A DNA stretch of 35,381 bases, taken from contig NIVC01003220.1 in NCBI GenBank assembly GCA_002269645.1, positions 1 to 35,381 on the forward strand, in the 5' to 3' direction. How positions within the stretch are numbered: the stretch's first letter is position 1; each line of letters opens with the position of its first letter. The stretch comes from Macrostomum lignano (Eukaryota). The translations under genes were made by a program, and so were the position numbers. Below are positions 21,037 to 31,424 of this stretch, one piece after another. The notes under the pieces were generated by a model. That model saw only the letters and a list, made by a program, of their open reading frames with translations, had not been told where the DNA came from and did no database searches.

Positions 21037-21462
21037 GTCACTCCTGTCACCCCTGTCACCAAAGCCACCCCTGTCACCAAAGTCACCCCTGTCACCAAAG
21101 TCACCCCTGTCACCAAAGTCACCGGCCCTGTCACCAAAGTCACTCCTGTCACCCCAGTCACCCCTGTCACCAAAGTCACTCCTGTCACCAAAGTCACTCC
21201 TGTCACCCCAGTCACCCCTGTCACCAAAGTCACTCCTGTCACCCCAGTCACCCCTGTCACCAAAGTCACTCCTGTCACCAAAGTCACTCCTGTCACCAAA
21301 GTCACCCCTGTCACCAAAGTCACCCCTGTCACCAAAGTCACTTCTGTCACCAAAGTCACCCCTGTCACCAAAGTCACCCCGGTCACCAAAGTCACCCCTG
21401 TCACCAAAGTTACCCCTGTCACCAAAGTCACTCCTGTCACCCCAGTCACTCCTGTCACCAAA
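21037..21462. repeat. 9/18-bp hierarchical minisatellite abutting the 23-bp array
   Basis: 9-mers GTCACCCCT, GTCACCAAA, GTCACTCCT and GTCACCCCA alternate over about 47 subunits. Confidence 0.98.
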
Positions 21463-23605
21463 GAACACGAACTTATTGAGCATCTGATTTAAAACTGCAT
21501 ATAAAAACAAACAAAAGTTTCTAATACACACTTGTAAAGGAGAAAAATGCACGTGAATTTTTATTAACTTTTTTGCTTACTATATTTCTGTCTAATATAA
21601 TATTTCTGTAATATTTATAGATACATTAACAACGTACTATAAATTATTTGGATATTGATGATAAAATCTAGATGTGAAGGGCATCCTCATATGCCAGGAA
21701 AAATCCTTCCGATACATTTTTTGAACGTTTTCCGTCAAAAAATGTAAATTTTGTGAAAAAAATCTGTGGCAAATAGAAGACGAAAAAAATTACGCTAAAA
21801 CAATTTAACAGCCTTTAAGTAGAATATTCGTTACCGAACTCTACGTAAATATACGTAGATAAACCAATCTTTCCGATTGGGTTGTTCGAAATTGTGTCCA
21901 ATTTTCTATTGAAAATATATTCCCAATAAAAAACTAAATTATTCCATTTATAGGTTAGGGCTTTTCAAATCCGCCATATCCTCATACAAAATCATAACAC
22001 TATTGGCGACTCTCGCACGAATCTTAGAAAATGAAAATTAGAAATACACAAGAGCTCAAAAATAGCAGATTTTTTTTATCTTCTTATAGAAGATAATCTT
22101 CTTATCTCTCTTCTTATCTTCTTAATCTCTTCTTATCTTCTTATCTTCTTATAGAAGATTGATGGGATAGAATTCCCCAAAAGCGAGGAAGATCACTGAT
22201 ATCTCGTCTATTTTATGAATCTGCCACAATTTCATCCACACTGCCGCTGGTGGGGCTGTATATACCGCGTACGTGGTTGCAACTAACACGCAAGTTGCTA
22301 CGGGGGCGAAGGGTTAGGCGGTTGAAGTCATCAAAGACACAGAATATTTGGGGGGAGTTACATGTACGTCAGTCCTGAGTTCTTTTTACTGCATGCCCTC
22401 TTGTGTGGGCTGGTCCACGGTTGCTACGCCCCATCAGGGGTTGCCCATCGGTCTTGGGCACGCGGCCGCTGCTCCTCCCTCCAGGAGCGGCCTCCGTGCC
22501 GGGCTCATTTAATTTTCTCCGCATGCCAACCGCCTCGGTCATCTTTGGATGGTGGCTGCTGTGTAGATTTGTCAATGGGCTGCTGCATACCACTGTAGGG
22601 CCCTTACTTGTTTTCTATTGTCTTGGGTTCCTCATATTTTAATTAAGCCTGCTTAAACTTACTCTAGCCTTTCCTCCACTTACGAGGTTCTCGGCTTACT
22701 TTGTTATAGCTATTTTTGGGGATTTCTAGCCCCCTATAGTCCATAGTTTACTTTAAAGAATACTTTTTAGCTATCATATGCACGAGAGTGTGCTGGGTAC
22801 GAAGTTAAATAACTGCGAGCTATAATACATCTTGAAACTGTTTACAGACTTACATATACACAGTTTCCAGCAATTATTAAATATTTTTTACAGAATCGCT
22901 GCTTTGATTCTAATTCTAAATACAAGCTTTTGGCGTAATCGTGAAAAACTATCCATTCGCAGAGGCTTCAGTATGAATGTTGAAGTATTTCCGAAAAAAT
23001 TTGTCTAATTTTTTTTGCAAAAAAATCCCGCTAAGACAGGCGCTCTACAGGTCAATGATTGCCTTTGTATTTACCGTTAAATGCGTAACAATGGGATTTG
23101 GAAAGACTTTTGCAACATGTGCAGTTTCTCAGGCTCCAGCGTGCACTTCATTCGTTAGAAAACTTTCTCAACAGCGTTCTTACTCTCGCCACGTGCTCCA
23201 CGTGCTCTGTAGAAAGCAGATCTACACATGAAACACGCTGCAAAAATGAATTGCCTTGACAACCGGTTCCCAAGGGCAAGACAATTCAGAAGCTGAGAGA
23301 AAATCTGCTAGCTGGCGCAGCGTTATTGGCTGCAGCAGAGGGACGAAGTTGGCCGCTGCACTGCTGCTGTATTTCTAGTCGAAAAACAACTTCAGGAGGA
23401 GACAATCAAAAGCAACTGAGGAAGAATCTTTTGCAAAAAGTTATTTGTCTTAAAATTTCTTTTCGTTAGTTTCTTAGAAAAGAAACAAAGAAAAAGCGCT
23501 CCAGGTAAAAAACGCACTCAAGAAAGCCATAAATTTTGAGCTGCAACTCGCATAAAAGCAGCTGCCTCTGTGAATTTTAGCACCGTAGTTTCTTAAGCAT
23601 TGACG

Positions 23606-24340
23606 ATGAGCATCAATCTCCTGACGATGTTTTTGGCTCTGGGCCTCACGCTCGGCAGTGACAACCAGCAGCTGTATGTTCTCATCAACGGGTATCTCTG
23701 CATCAACGATGAGTTTGTTGAGACCTACTCAAGCGCGCTGAACAAAGTCGGGTGCGCCGCTCTGTGCGCCCAAAACCAGCGCTGTCAGGCGTTCAGCCTG
23801 GCTGACGGTCCGTGCCAGCTGTTCGTGTTCGACAAGTGCAGCAAGTCGGTGAGGAGCTGCGGCTGCTCCAGGAGAGGCCGGGTGTTCGTCAAGCAGCGAC
23901 CGGGACTCGAGGCGGGCGCGCTGTGTCCGTCTGGCTACGGCATGGACCTGTGCGGAGTGAAGTACAGGCTGTACTCTGGCATCGGGACGTGGTGGCCGAG
24001 CAGGCAGAAGTGCGAGTCAGAGAGCGGTCTGGTCATCATGGCCGACGTGACCAGCGCTGAGGAGATGAGCCACGTGGATTCCATCTACTCGAACTACAGC
24101 TCTGGACAGTCGATCTGGCTCGGAGGCTTCCAGCCAGCAGGCAGTGCGGAGCCGGCTGGCGGCTGGTACTGGGTCGGCTGCAACACTACCGTTGACCCAA
24201 CTCTGTGGAATGCTCATCAACCAAGTGCTTCTTCGGATAATGTGATTGCAAGGTTCTGGGATGACGCCGGACTCTCTGACCTGCACGAATCTTTTGCAAC
24301 CGAGACAGTGCTGTGCGAGTGCGTGTCTCCGTTCAACTGA
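23606..24340 (+). CDS. Secreted PAN/apple-like + C-type lectin domain protein, intronless, 244 aa
   Basis: ATG at 23606 and a hydrophobic signal peptide (MSINLLTMFLALGLTLG). PAN-like CAALCAQNQRCQAFSLADGPCQL is followed by a CTLD with CPSG, C at RQKC, IWLGG, EPAGGWYW, W...QPS and a terminal LCEC. Confidence 0.88.
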   Translation: MSINLLTMFLALGLTLGSDNQQLYVLINGYLCINDEFVETYSSALNKVGCAALCAQNQRCQAFSLADGPCQLFVFDKCSKSVRSCGCSRRGRVFVKQRPGLEAGALCPSGYGMDLCGVKYRLYSGIGTWWPSRQKCESESGLVIMADVTSAEEMSHVDSIYSNYSSGQSIWLGGFQPAGSAEPAGGWYWVGCNTTVDPTLWNAHQPSASSDNVIARFWDDAGLSDLHESFATETVLCECVSPFN

Positions 24341-24824
24341 AACTCATCGGATTTCCAACAACATTCGAGAAAGACCGACAACAACCATGCACTGAAGTCG
24401 AGGTTTGAGCTTTACTCAGTCGATTTTCAACCGAGGACTGTCCTCTCAAACTTAAAAGTTTATCATATACTCGTATGCCTGAATACTCCGTTGATTTCCA
24501 TGTAGTTGATGAAATGATATTTTCTCTAAAACATTTTGTGGTCTTTATAGTTTTCGCATACGGCCTACTGTAATTGATAGATCCATTAGGTTTATGTTGT
24601 TGCTGCTTTTTCCTTAAAGTTTTTAAATTTTCGGTTCCAATATCTTTAATCATATTTACATATGGATTTTAGTTGTCTAAGACAGATGCTGACAAAACCG
24701 GAAAAGTTTGTTTTAGGCAGCAAATAATACACATACACTGAAAATAAAACCAAAAGCTCAAATAACTATCAATTTCATTTAAGGCTTTGTTCCCCTCTGG
24801 AAAATTATTGAATGTTTGTTAATT

Positions 24825-25401
24825 GCTTTAGCACCAAGGGGCTTTAGCACCAAGGGGCTTTAGCACCAGGGGCTTTAGCACCAAGGGGCTTTAGCACCAA
24901 GGGGCTCTAGCACCAAGGGGCTCTAGCACCAAGGGGCTTTAGCACCAAGAAGCTTTAGCACCAAGAAGCTTTAGCACCAAGGGGCTTTAGCACCAAGGGG
25001 CTTTAGCACCAAGGGGCTTTAGCACCAAGGGGCTTTAGCACCAAGGGGCTTTAGCACCAAGGGGCTTTAGCACCAAGGGGCTTTAGCACCAAGGGGCTTT
25101 AGCACCAAGGGGCTTTAGCACCAAGGGGCTTTAGCACCAAGGGGCTTTAGCACCAAGGGGCTTTAGCACCAAGGGGCTTTAGCACCAAGGGGCTTTAGCA
25201 CCAAGGGGCTTTAGCACCAAGGGGCTTTAGCACCAAGGGGCTTTAGCACCAAGGGGCTTTAGCACCAAGGGGCTTTAGCACCAAGGGGCTTTAGCACCAA
25301 GGGGCTTTAGCACCAAGGGGCTTTAGCACCATGGGGCTTTAGCACCAAGGGGCTTTAGCACCAAGGGGCTTTAGCACCAAGGGGCGTTAGCACCAAGGGG
25401 C
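24825..25401. repeat. 16-bp minisatellite, about 36 copies
   Basis: Unit GCTTTAGCACCAAGGG, highly homogeneous. Confidence 0.99.
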
Positions 25402-26926
25402 ATGTACAGTTTACAATGAATTGAAACATTTTATAATACTAGAAAGGCCTTTGACACCACTAACACAATTTTTACAGTTTTATGAAAAGTTACCGATATG
25501 TATCGAAAAACATCTTTATCAAGCGGTTAATACATACATTGTATAGCTTGAAAAGTGTTAAAGAAACGCAACCATTAGGCACGATAAAATGATTACGACT
25601 AGATTTATGTGCGGGACATCCATGGATTCTCAGTTTGGAAAGTGTACTTTTAAATTTGTGGAAACACGCATCATGTTGCAAGTGACATGCGCATGTACAT
25701 GCTTGTGCATGTACAGCAAAAAGTTGGATGTCGAAATAGTATGAGGGAAATTGCCGTCTGGTAGCAGAAGTCAGTTGCCGACCAGAATCGTTGGCAAGGG
25801 TAGGAATTGCTTTTGTCTCAACACCGCTGGATCTCCTCACACCGCGGCCCCACCGGTAAAAGTCATTTAAAGCATTTTGTGTACACGGAATTTACATGTG
25901 CAAATTCTTCAAACGTAAAACTTTTTTAATTTTTCTAAGTAAATGAAATTATATTTAGTCTACTTAACTACATGTAGTACTCCTTAATTTTTTGCTGATA
26001 TGTATCGAAAACAAATTTTTCAATGGGTAGAACTACATGTGCACATTGTGCAACATGGCGGCGTGGCAAAAGTGGGTGTCAAATTAGCAATGAGGGAATT
26101 GCCAGTTCGGACAGTATAATGGACCGCCCGAACTTGGTTGGCAAAGGTTGGAGTTGCTTTTGGCTCAACACCGTTTACCCCTCACGCCGCGGCCCACCGG
26201 TGGAAACAAATGTCTATTCTGCTATTTATGTTGCGCTTCAACACCCATAAAATAGTGAAATGTTCAATTGTTTCCATTAAAATGTTCTTATGGTACGCAT
26301 ATAGCACTACTGAGTTTGTGAGTTGACAGTAAAATGTTATGTTTTGGCAAAATATTTTATAAGAAATTTCTAGATAATGCCATAATAAATAGGCTTTATA
26401 CAATACAATGTTCTGACCGAACAGCTGTTTCGCCTGAGACAACCTGAGACATGTACCACTACCATACTATACTTTTAGGAAAGTAATGAAAATGAATGCA
26501 AAAATGAATAGTCGCATGTTTATTATTTCTGGACAATGCTCTGGACAAAAGTGTGTGGGTCGAGTCCGCTGCACCATGCGGTGACCACGGGACATCAGGA
26601 TGTGGTGTCTCTTCTCCTGAATTCCGGAAGCAATCCAAGTCAACGCAACGTACGTATTTGGCTTTACACCGGTCGTGTTTCTAGCAGTATTTTTTGGCCT
26701 CACAAAAAGCTTGGCCCAATTGTTGTCCTATTACGGAGCCTGTCCTGGTGTTGTCCTATTTGGGTACGGAAGCTGTCATTTTATAGCATTGTGTAATACG
26801 TATGTCTCATTAACACCACTTTGATAAACTTAGTGCCTTTTTACTGACCAAAGCAACATGCTTTGGGACCATGGTCCCAAGAGTACGTTTGCGATTCTTT
26901 TTAGAATTACTGGTACATCTTAATAC

Positions 26927-27445
26927 GATTGTGCTTAGCCATGTTGTGTATAATTAAGCTTAGCCATGTGTATAATTGTGCTAAGCCATGTTGTGTATAA
27001 TTGTGCTAACCCATGTGTATAATTGGGCTTAGCCATGATGAGTGTTTGGGCTTAGCCATGTGTATTTTTTGGATTAGCCATGTGTATAATTGGGCTTAGC
27101 CATGTGCATAATTGGGCTTAGCCATGTGTATAACTGCTGCCATGTGCATAAGTGGGCTTAGCCATGTGTATAACTGGGCTTTGCCATGTGCATAAGTGGG
27201 CTTAGCCATGTGTATAATTGGGCTTAGCCATGTGTATAATTGTGCTTAGCCATGATGTGTATGATTGGGCTTAGCCATGTGTATAGTTGGGCTTAGCCAT
27301 GTGTATAATTGGGCTTAGCCATGTGTATAATTGTGCTTAGCCATGTTGTGTATAATTGGGCTTAGCCATGTGTATTTTTGGGATTAGCCATATGTATAAC
27401 TGGGCTTAGCCATGTGTATAGTTGGGCTTAGCCATATGTGTAATT
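26927..27445. repeat. Degenerate ~22-bp satellite related to the 23-bp array
   Basis: Units such as AATTGGGCTTAGCCATGTGTAT share the core TTGGGCTTAGCCATG with 19361-21032. Confidence 0.92.
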
Positions 27446-27799
27446 GGTGTGTGATCGGATGCTTTTGAGGGCTTTTGATATTACTTCTGGGCTTTGGTTC
27501 GCGGGCTCCTCTCCCTCCTCTCCCTGTCACTGGTTTATTCTGGTTTGTCCCCTCCGTCTAAAGCTGCCATTCATTATATTTTTTCTCATTTTCATTTACC
27601 CACATTTTCATTGGCTGGCGTCTTTTAATCTCTCTCTCGCGTGGGCTAGTCCAATCATGTGTCTCGCCGCGGAGGCACCTGATTGGCTAGCCTTCCCTTT
27701 CTTCTCTCTCGCCCTTTAACTCTGATAGTTTTGCCCCCACCCCCCACCCTAGCCCTGCGTGGCTAAGCCCACCCAGTCCCCTGCTCAGTGCTCACCCAG

Positions 27800-29430
27800 T
27801 ATTTATGTGCGTGCGCGGCCCCCACCCGGTTCTCGCCCTCCCTGCTTTCTATCTACCGCTACGAACTTTGTGCTTGTGAAACTACAACATTGGTCGAGCA
27901 TTGGTCATGCTACAAGTGGTTCAGCGAGTCGAACTACTGGTTTCAGGCCGAGCAGACGTGTCTGTCTCACCGGGCTCACCTCGCGTCTATCCAAAGTGAG
28001 CAAGAGAACCGACTGGTAGGCCGACTGTCTCACTGCAGAGACGCCTGGATCGATTTGTTCGCCACCGACCTCGATCGTCTGGCCGACCCTATAAGCTACA
28101 GGTGGACGGACAGCGGCAGCGTAGGGAGCTTCGAGAGACACAACTTCTCTCAGCTGGACAGCGTTCACAAGCCTTTGATCCGAAGTGACGGTGAGTGGTG
28201 GCTGAATCACGAGCGGCACCTGTTTTTTGCAAGTTGAGCGCCGACTCCAGCATTCTCGTCGACTGGTGGAGGTCGAGCGGCCGATGTCCTAGCGGCTGGT
28301 GGCTGCACGACAAGCAGTGCTACGTGATGCCGCAGTTTGAGGCCAACTTCCACGAGGCCAACTTCTACTGCCAGCGAAACTCGTCGCAGCTGGCGTCGGT
28401 GCTCACCCAGTCTGAGCTGGACTTTCTGAACAAGCTCAGCTTCGAAATCGACAGCTGTGAGTCGCTAGAGCTGCTCGACTCGGTGTGGCTCGGCCTCATC
28501 AAGCTGAACCCCTGCTTCCCTGACAGTGCGGGTCGCGAGCTCTGCTACCAATGGACGGACTTCTCAGAGAAACACGAAAACAAGCTGCCCGCATGGGAGA
28601 CTGGACACCCGGAAAGCGCGGACTGGACTGTGAACTGCGTCACGCTGCCAGCTGGTCGACTGCGCAGTGACAGGTGCCACAGCAGGCACAGGTTCGTGTG
28701 CAAGACGGAGGCGTCGGACAGCACCTCCCCACCACCACCACAGGTGGACGGCCTCGTGGCTGCGTTCGACTTCAGGAGGGGCCTCGACAACCTGGTGGAC
28801 CCGCACACCTTCGCCATCGAGGACCAGTTCGGGGTGGAGAGATCAGCAGAGGACGGGGCCTGATTTAGACGAAACGCAAGCGATTTTATTTATTCTAGAG
28901 AGTTTTAAAACGTCGGAGCTCCCGCGGCATTCAATGAGTCGATTTGGAACGCTGACGAATGGACCATGTTCTTGCGCATAAATCGTGGGAACAGTAGCGG
29001 AGTTGAATTACTTGCAGCGCTGTATAACAGTTCGAATCCGTGGCAGGAGCGCAGCTTCTCTGTTTACCTACATCCTTCCTCTTTGAATTTGAGTCAATTC
29101 TACTTGTCAGTTTACCAGCTCACGCCAGGAAACGGTTCTCACCTGAATCACCATCAGACTTACATCTATAATATTGGAACTGTTTGCATTGAGGCCTGGT
29201 GTGATATTCATCTGGCCATGAAGAATTTTTTATTGGATCCCGCGTTAGTTGGAGCATCGCGCGAATTTCGCTATTATAACACCAGCTGGGATGCTCCCGA
29301 GCCCGAACTGCAGCAGCTGCAACTTGGCTTTGGAATGTCATTCTATCCCGGAGTTCAACGGCACTGCGCGAGGTGCTTCGGAGTCGCCCGAAGGCAGTTG
29401 AGTGTTGACGAGGTTTGGCAGGCGATGTAG
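27800..29430 (+). pseudogene. CTLD-CTLD-LamG/ConA-like multidomain lectin gene, disrupted (1 frameshift, 2 in-frame stops, no visible 5' end)
   Basis: CTLD1 reads SCYKWF...AEQTCLSHRAHLASIQSEQEN...AWI...RWTD. A frameshift at the T6 run (28223-28228) leads to CTLD2 (CPSGW...CY...EANFYC...LASV...VWLGL...W...HPE...NCV...DRC...FVCK). The same frame continues LVAAFDF...EDGA*FRRNASDFIYSREF*NVG...DEWTMFLRIN...LQLGFG...ARRQLSVDEVWQAM*, a LamG/pentraxin-like pattern. Confidence 0.75.
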
Positions 29431-29432
29431 GC

Positions 29433-29625
29433 CTTCTGTCCCTGAGCATAAGGCTATAATTTGCGTCACTGTGCTCACACAAGTACTGCGATAACAGCAT
29501 CCGGTTGAACAGCTTCACAGCGCAGGACTGAAGACAGATGCCTCTGTGCTCCTCCAGCCTTGTGGTGCCCGGCTTCTTTGAGATAATGACGACCCAACCC
29601 GATTGGAAACTTATGGGTTTAGACA
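29433..29625 (-). mobile_element. Non-LTR retrotransposon reverse transcriptase fragment
   Basis: GWVVIISKKPGTTRLEEHRGICLQSCAVKLFNRMLL matches the non-LTR RT N-terminal subdomain pattern (ivpipKK...yRgIsL....KlfnrmL). Confidence 0.8.
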
Positions 29626-29797
29626 CTCTACAGCTGCATACAGACCTGTAACCTACGAGAATCAGTGTTGGCATAATTTTTAAATAAACGTTTGGATTCT
29701 AATGAAAAAGAGTTAATAAGAGAGTTTACATGCTTGACAACTGGATGGTCAGGGTCGCTGTACACTGTACACCCTGTGTGAGCATGTGTATGAGTAC

Positions 29798-30055
29798 GGG
29801 GGTTCTAGCCTAGTGGTTTGAGAGTCGGACTCGCGACTGAAAAGGTCGGGGGTTCGAATCTCGACCCACCCGGAATAATTTATGTCCTTGAGCAAGACAC
29901 TTAAACTCTACATTGCTTCAGTTCACCCAGCTGTAAAATGGGTGCCAGCATTAGCTGGGGTAATTGAGGGTAACTTAAAGCAGGCGGTTTACCAGAGGCT
30001 GAGTAAATGAGTCCTATGGTTGCATTCTTGCAAACGACGCTACAAAAATTGTTCT
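29798..30055 (+). mobile_element. tRNA-derived SINE with a CORE-like central domain
   Basis: A-box TAGCCTAGTGG (29806-29816) and B-box GGTTCGAATC (29851-29860), then TGTCCTTGAGCAAGACACTTAAACTCT...CTTCAGTTCACCCAGCTGTAAAATGGG (29883-29942), which closely parallels the MIR CORE consensus as recalled. The 3' end is approximate. Confidence 0.8.
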
Positions 30056-30412
30056 CGGGTAGTAAAGTTTCTGTCTGGCATTGGACAGCTCGCTCATAGC
30101 TGCCAGTCTCTAATATTGGCAGGACTGGAAGCTCTCAGGTGCTTTGCAGCATGTTGCAGAAGAGAAACTGGTAGATATTTCAAAGTGTTGTTTGAATTGA
30201 TTTGAAGGCATTTGAACAATATTATTTTTTTAATTTCAAATTTGCTCGAAAATTCGAAGTCGTGTATTTTCATTACCAGTCTTTGTACACAGCAGCAAAA
30301 TATTTCAGTTTGCACAAATTTCAGGAAATTTCAAAGTTTCTTCAAAGCCGATTGAACTCTCGAATTTGCCGGTTGCAGCAGCGGCAGCTTCCATGCCATC
30401 ACACTGCTCCTG

Positions 30413-31424
30413 CTACAGAAGCAGCATCTCGATCTCCTTCAGCGAGTAGGAGTAGCCAAAGTTGCAACTCCAAATAACTCCCATTGCTTCAGCGCCTCCG
30501 ATGGCAGAAGATGAGTCTTTGTACTCTCCGTTCGGGTGGGTGTGGTGACAGTTGACGAACCACCAGGCTCCATTACGAATGTTTTCGCAGTTGCCAGAGC
30601 CCTTGGTGTCATGATCGGCGTCCTTCGTGCTGAACTGCATGCCGCTGTGACCCGTGAGGCTGTCGCCGATGCCGGCGCTGCCGGAGAAGCCGGACACGCT
30701 CAGCCGGTAGTTGCCGGACTCGGGACCCACGGAGAAGCTGGAGTACTCGGCCCAGTGCTCAGAGTCGTTCCACGCCTTCATCAGGATCCTCAGCTTACGA
30801 GGACCAGAAGCAGTGAGAGCGTGGAGAGAGTTCAGGCCTGGGAAGATGCGGACGTCATGGCGGTGTTTGTCATTGAAATCCGAACTGGAAAAGCAAGCGA
30901 ATGAACCAGATCTGGGATTCACTCACCGATCCAGTAGTTTCCGTCGGGTCCCTCGCCGAACTCGCTCTGGTACTGAGTCCAGATGCGGTAAAAGTCCACT
31001 GAGCCGGACACTGTGCACTGCCTGCTGTCTGCAAGGTGACAGGTGCACAGGTGTGCCAGCTTTTCTACTCTGCGTTAGCACTGACATATGTAACTGAGTG
31101 ACCTACCCACACTCTCTGAGCTCCCTTGTTCGCATTATGGCACTTCCTGCAGTGGCTCAGGCCCAGGCGACACCTGTAGTGAGCGCACAGGCCAGAGCTG
31201 GCGTTGAACGACACCAGCTGCACTGCGGAGTCGCTGCTGGCAGCATACGAGCATTCAGAGTCGCTTCAGGCTGGCAGCGACCTCACAGCCACGTAGTCGG
31301 AGAGGCTCTCGCGGCTCGACTGCCACATCTGCCCAGAGTCGGCGGCAGCTTCGGTCACGTGATGCAGCACTGCAGCCAACAGCAGCAGCAGCAGAGCGGC
31401 TTGACGAGCGGTTTAGAGCTGCAT
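30413..31424 (-). pseudogene. Signal peptide + PAN-like + N-terminally truncated fibrinogen-related domain (FReD) gene, 3 exons, two premature stops
   Basis: Exon 1 (31424-31107) reads MQL*TARQAALLLLLLAAV...LPA*SDSECSYAASSDSAVQLVSFNASSGLC...QRVW, with TAA at 31415-31413 and TGA at 31268-31266. Exon 2 (31017-30927) reads [30 protein letters not shown]. Exon 3 (30837-30413) reads GLNSLHALT...FSTKDADHD...NC...GAWWFVNCHHTHPNG...SLKEIEMLLL*. GT-AG sites and phases (0, 1) are consistent. Confidence 0.82.

Larger units (their letters stand above)
23022..26450. repeat. Duplicated block Y (contains the lectin gene and the 16-bp array)
   Basis: Colinear with 15749-17655 as described for block X. Confidence 0.8.

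Noticed and set aside
20992-21552. Mucin-like (VTPVTK), RGD-rich (GDRGDF) and SPK-repeat ORFs
   Set aside because: Open in nearly all frames because of the 9-bp periodicity, starts come from the neighbouring satellite, and there is no gene context.
22315-22365. AVEVIKDTEYLGG, reminiscent of the RT YLG motif
   Set aside because: An isolated short motif bounded by a stop, with no other RT subdomains in frame.
29798-29870. tRNA gene
   Set aside because: The anticodon arm gives only a 4-bp stem with an 8-nt loop, the acceptor stem is poor, there is no T-run terminator, and it is followed by a CORE domain. It is therefore a SINE head.
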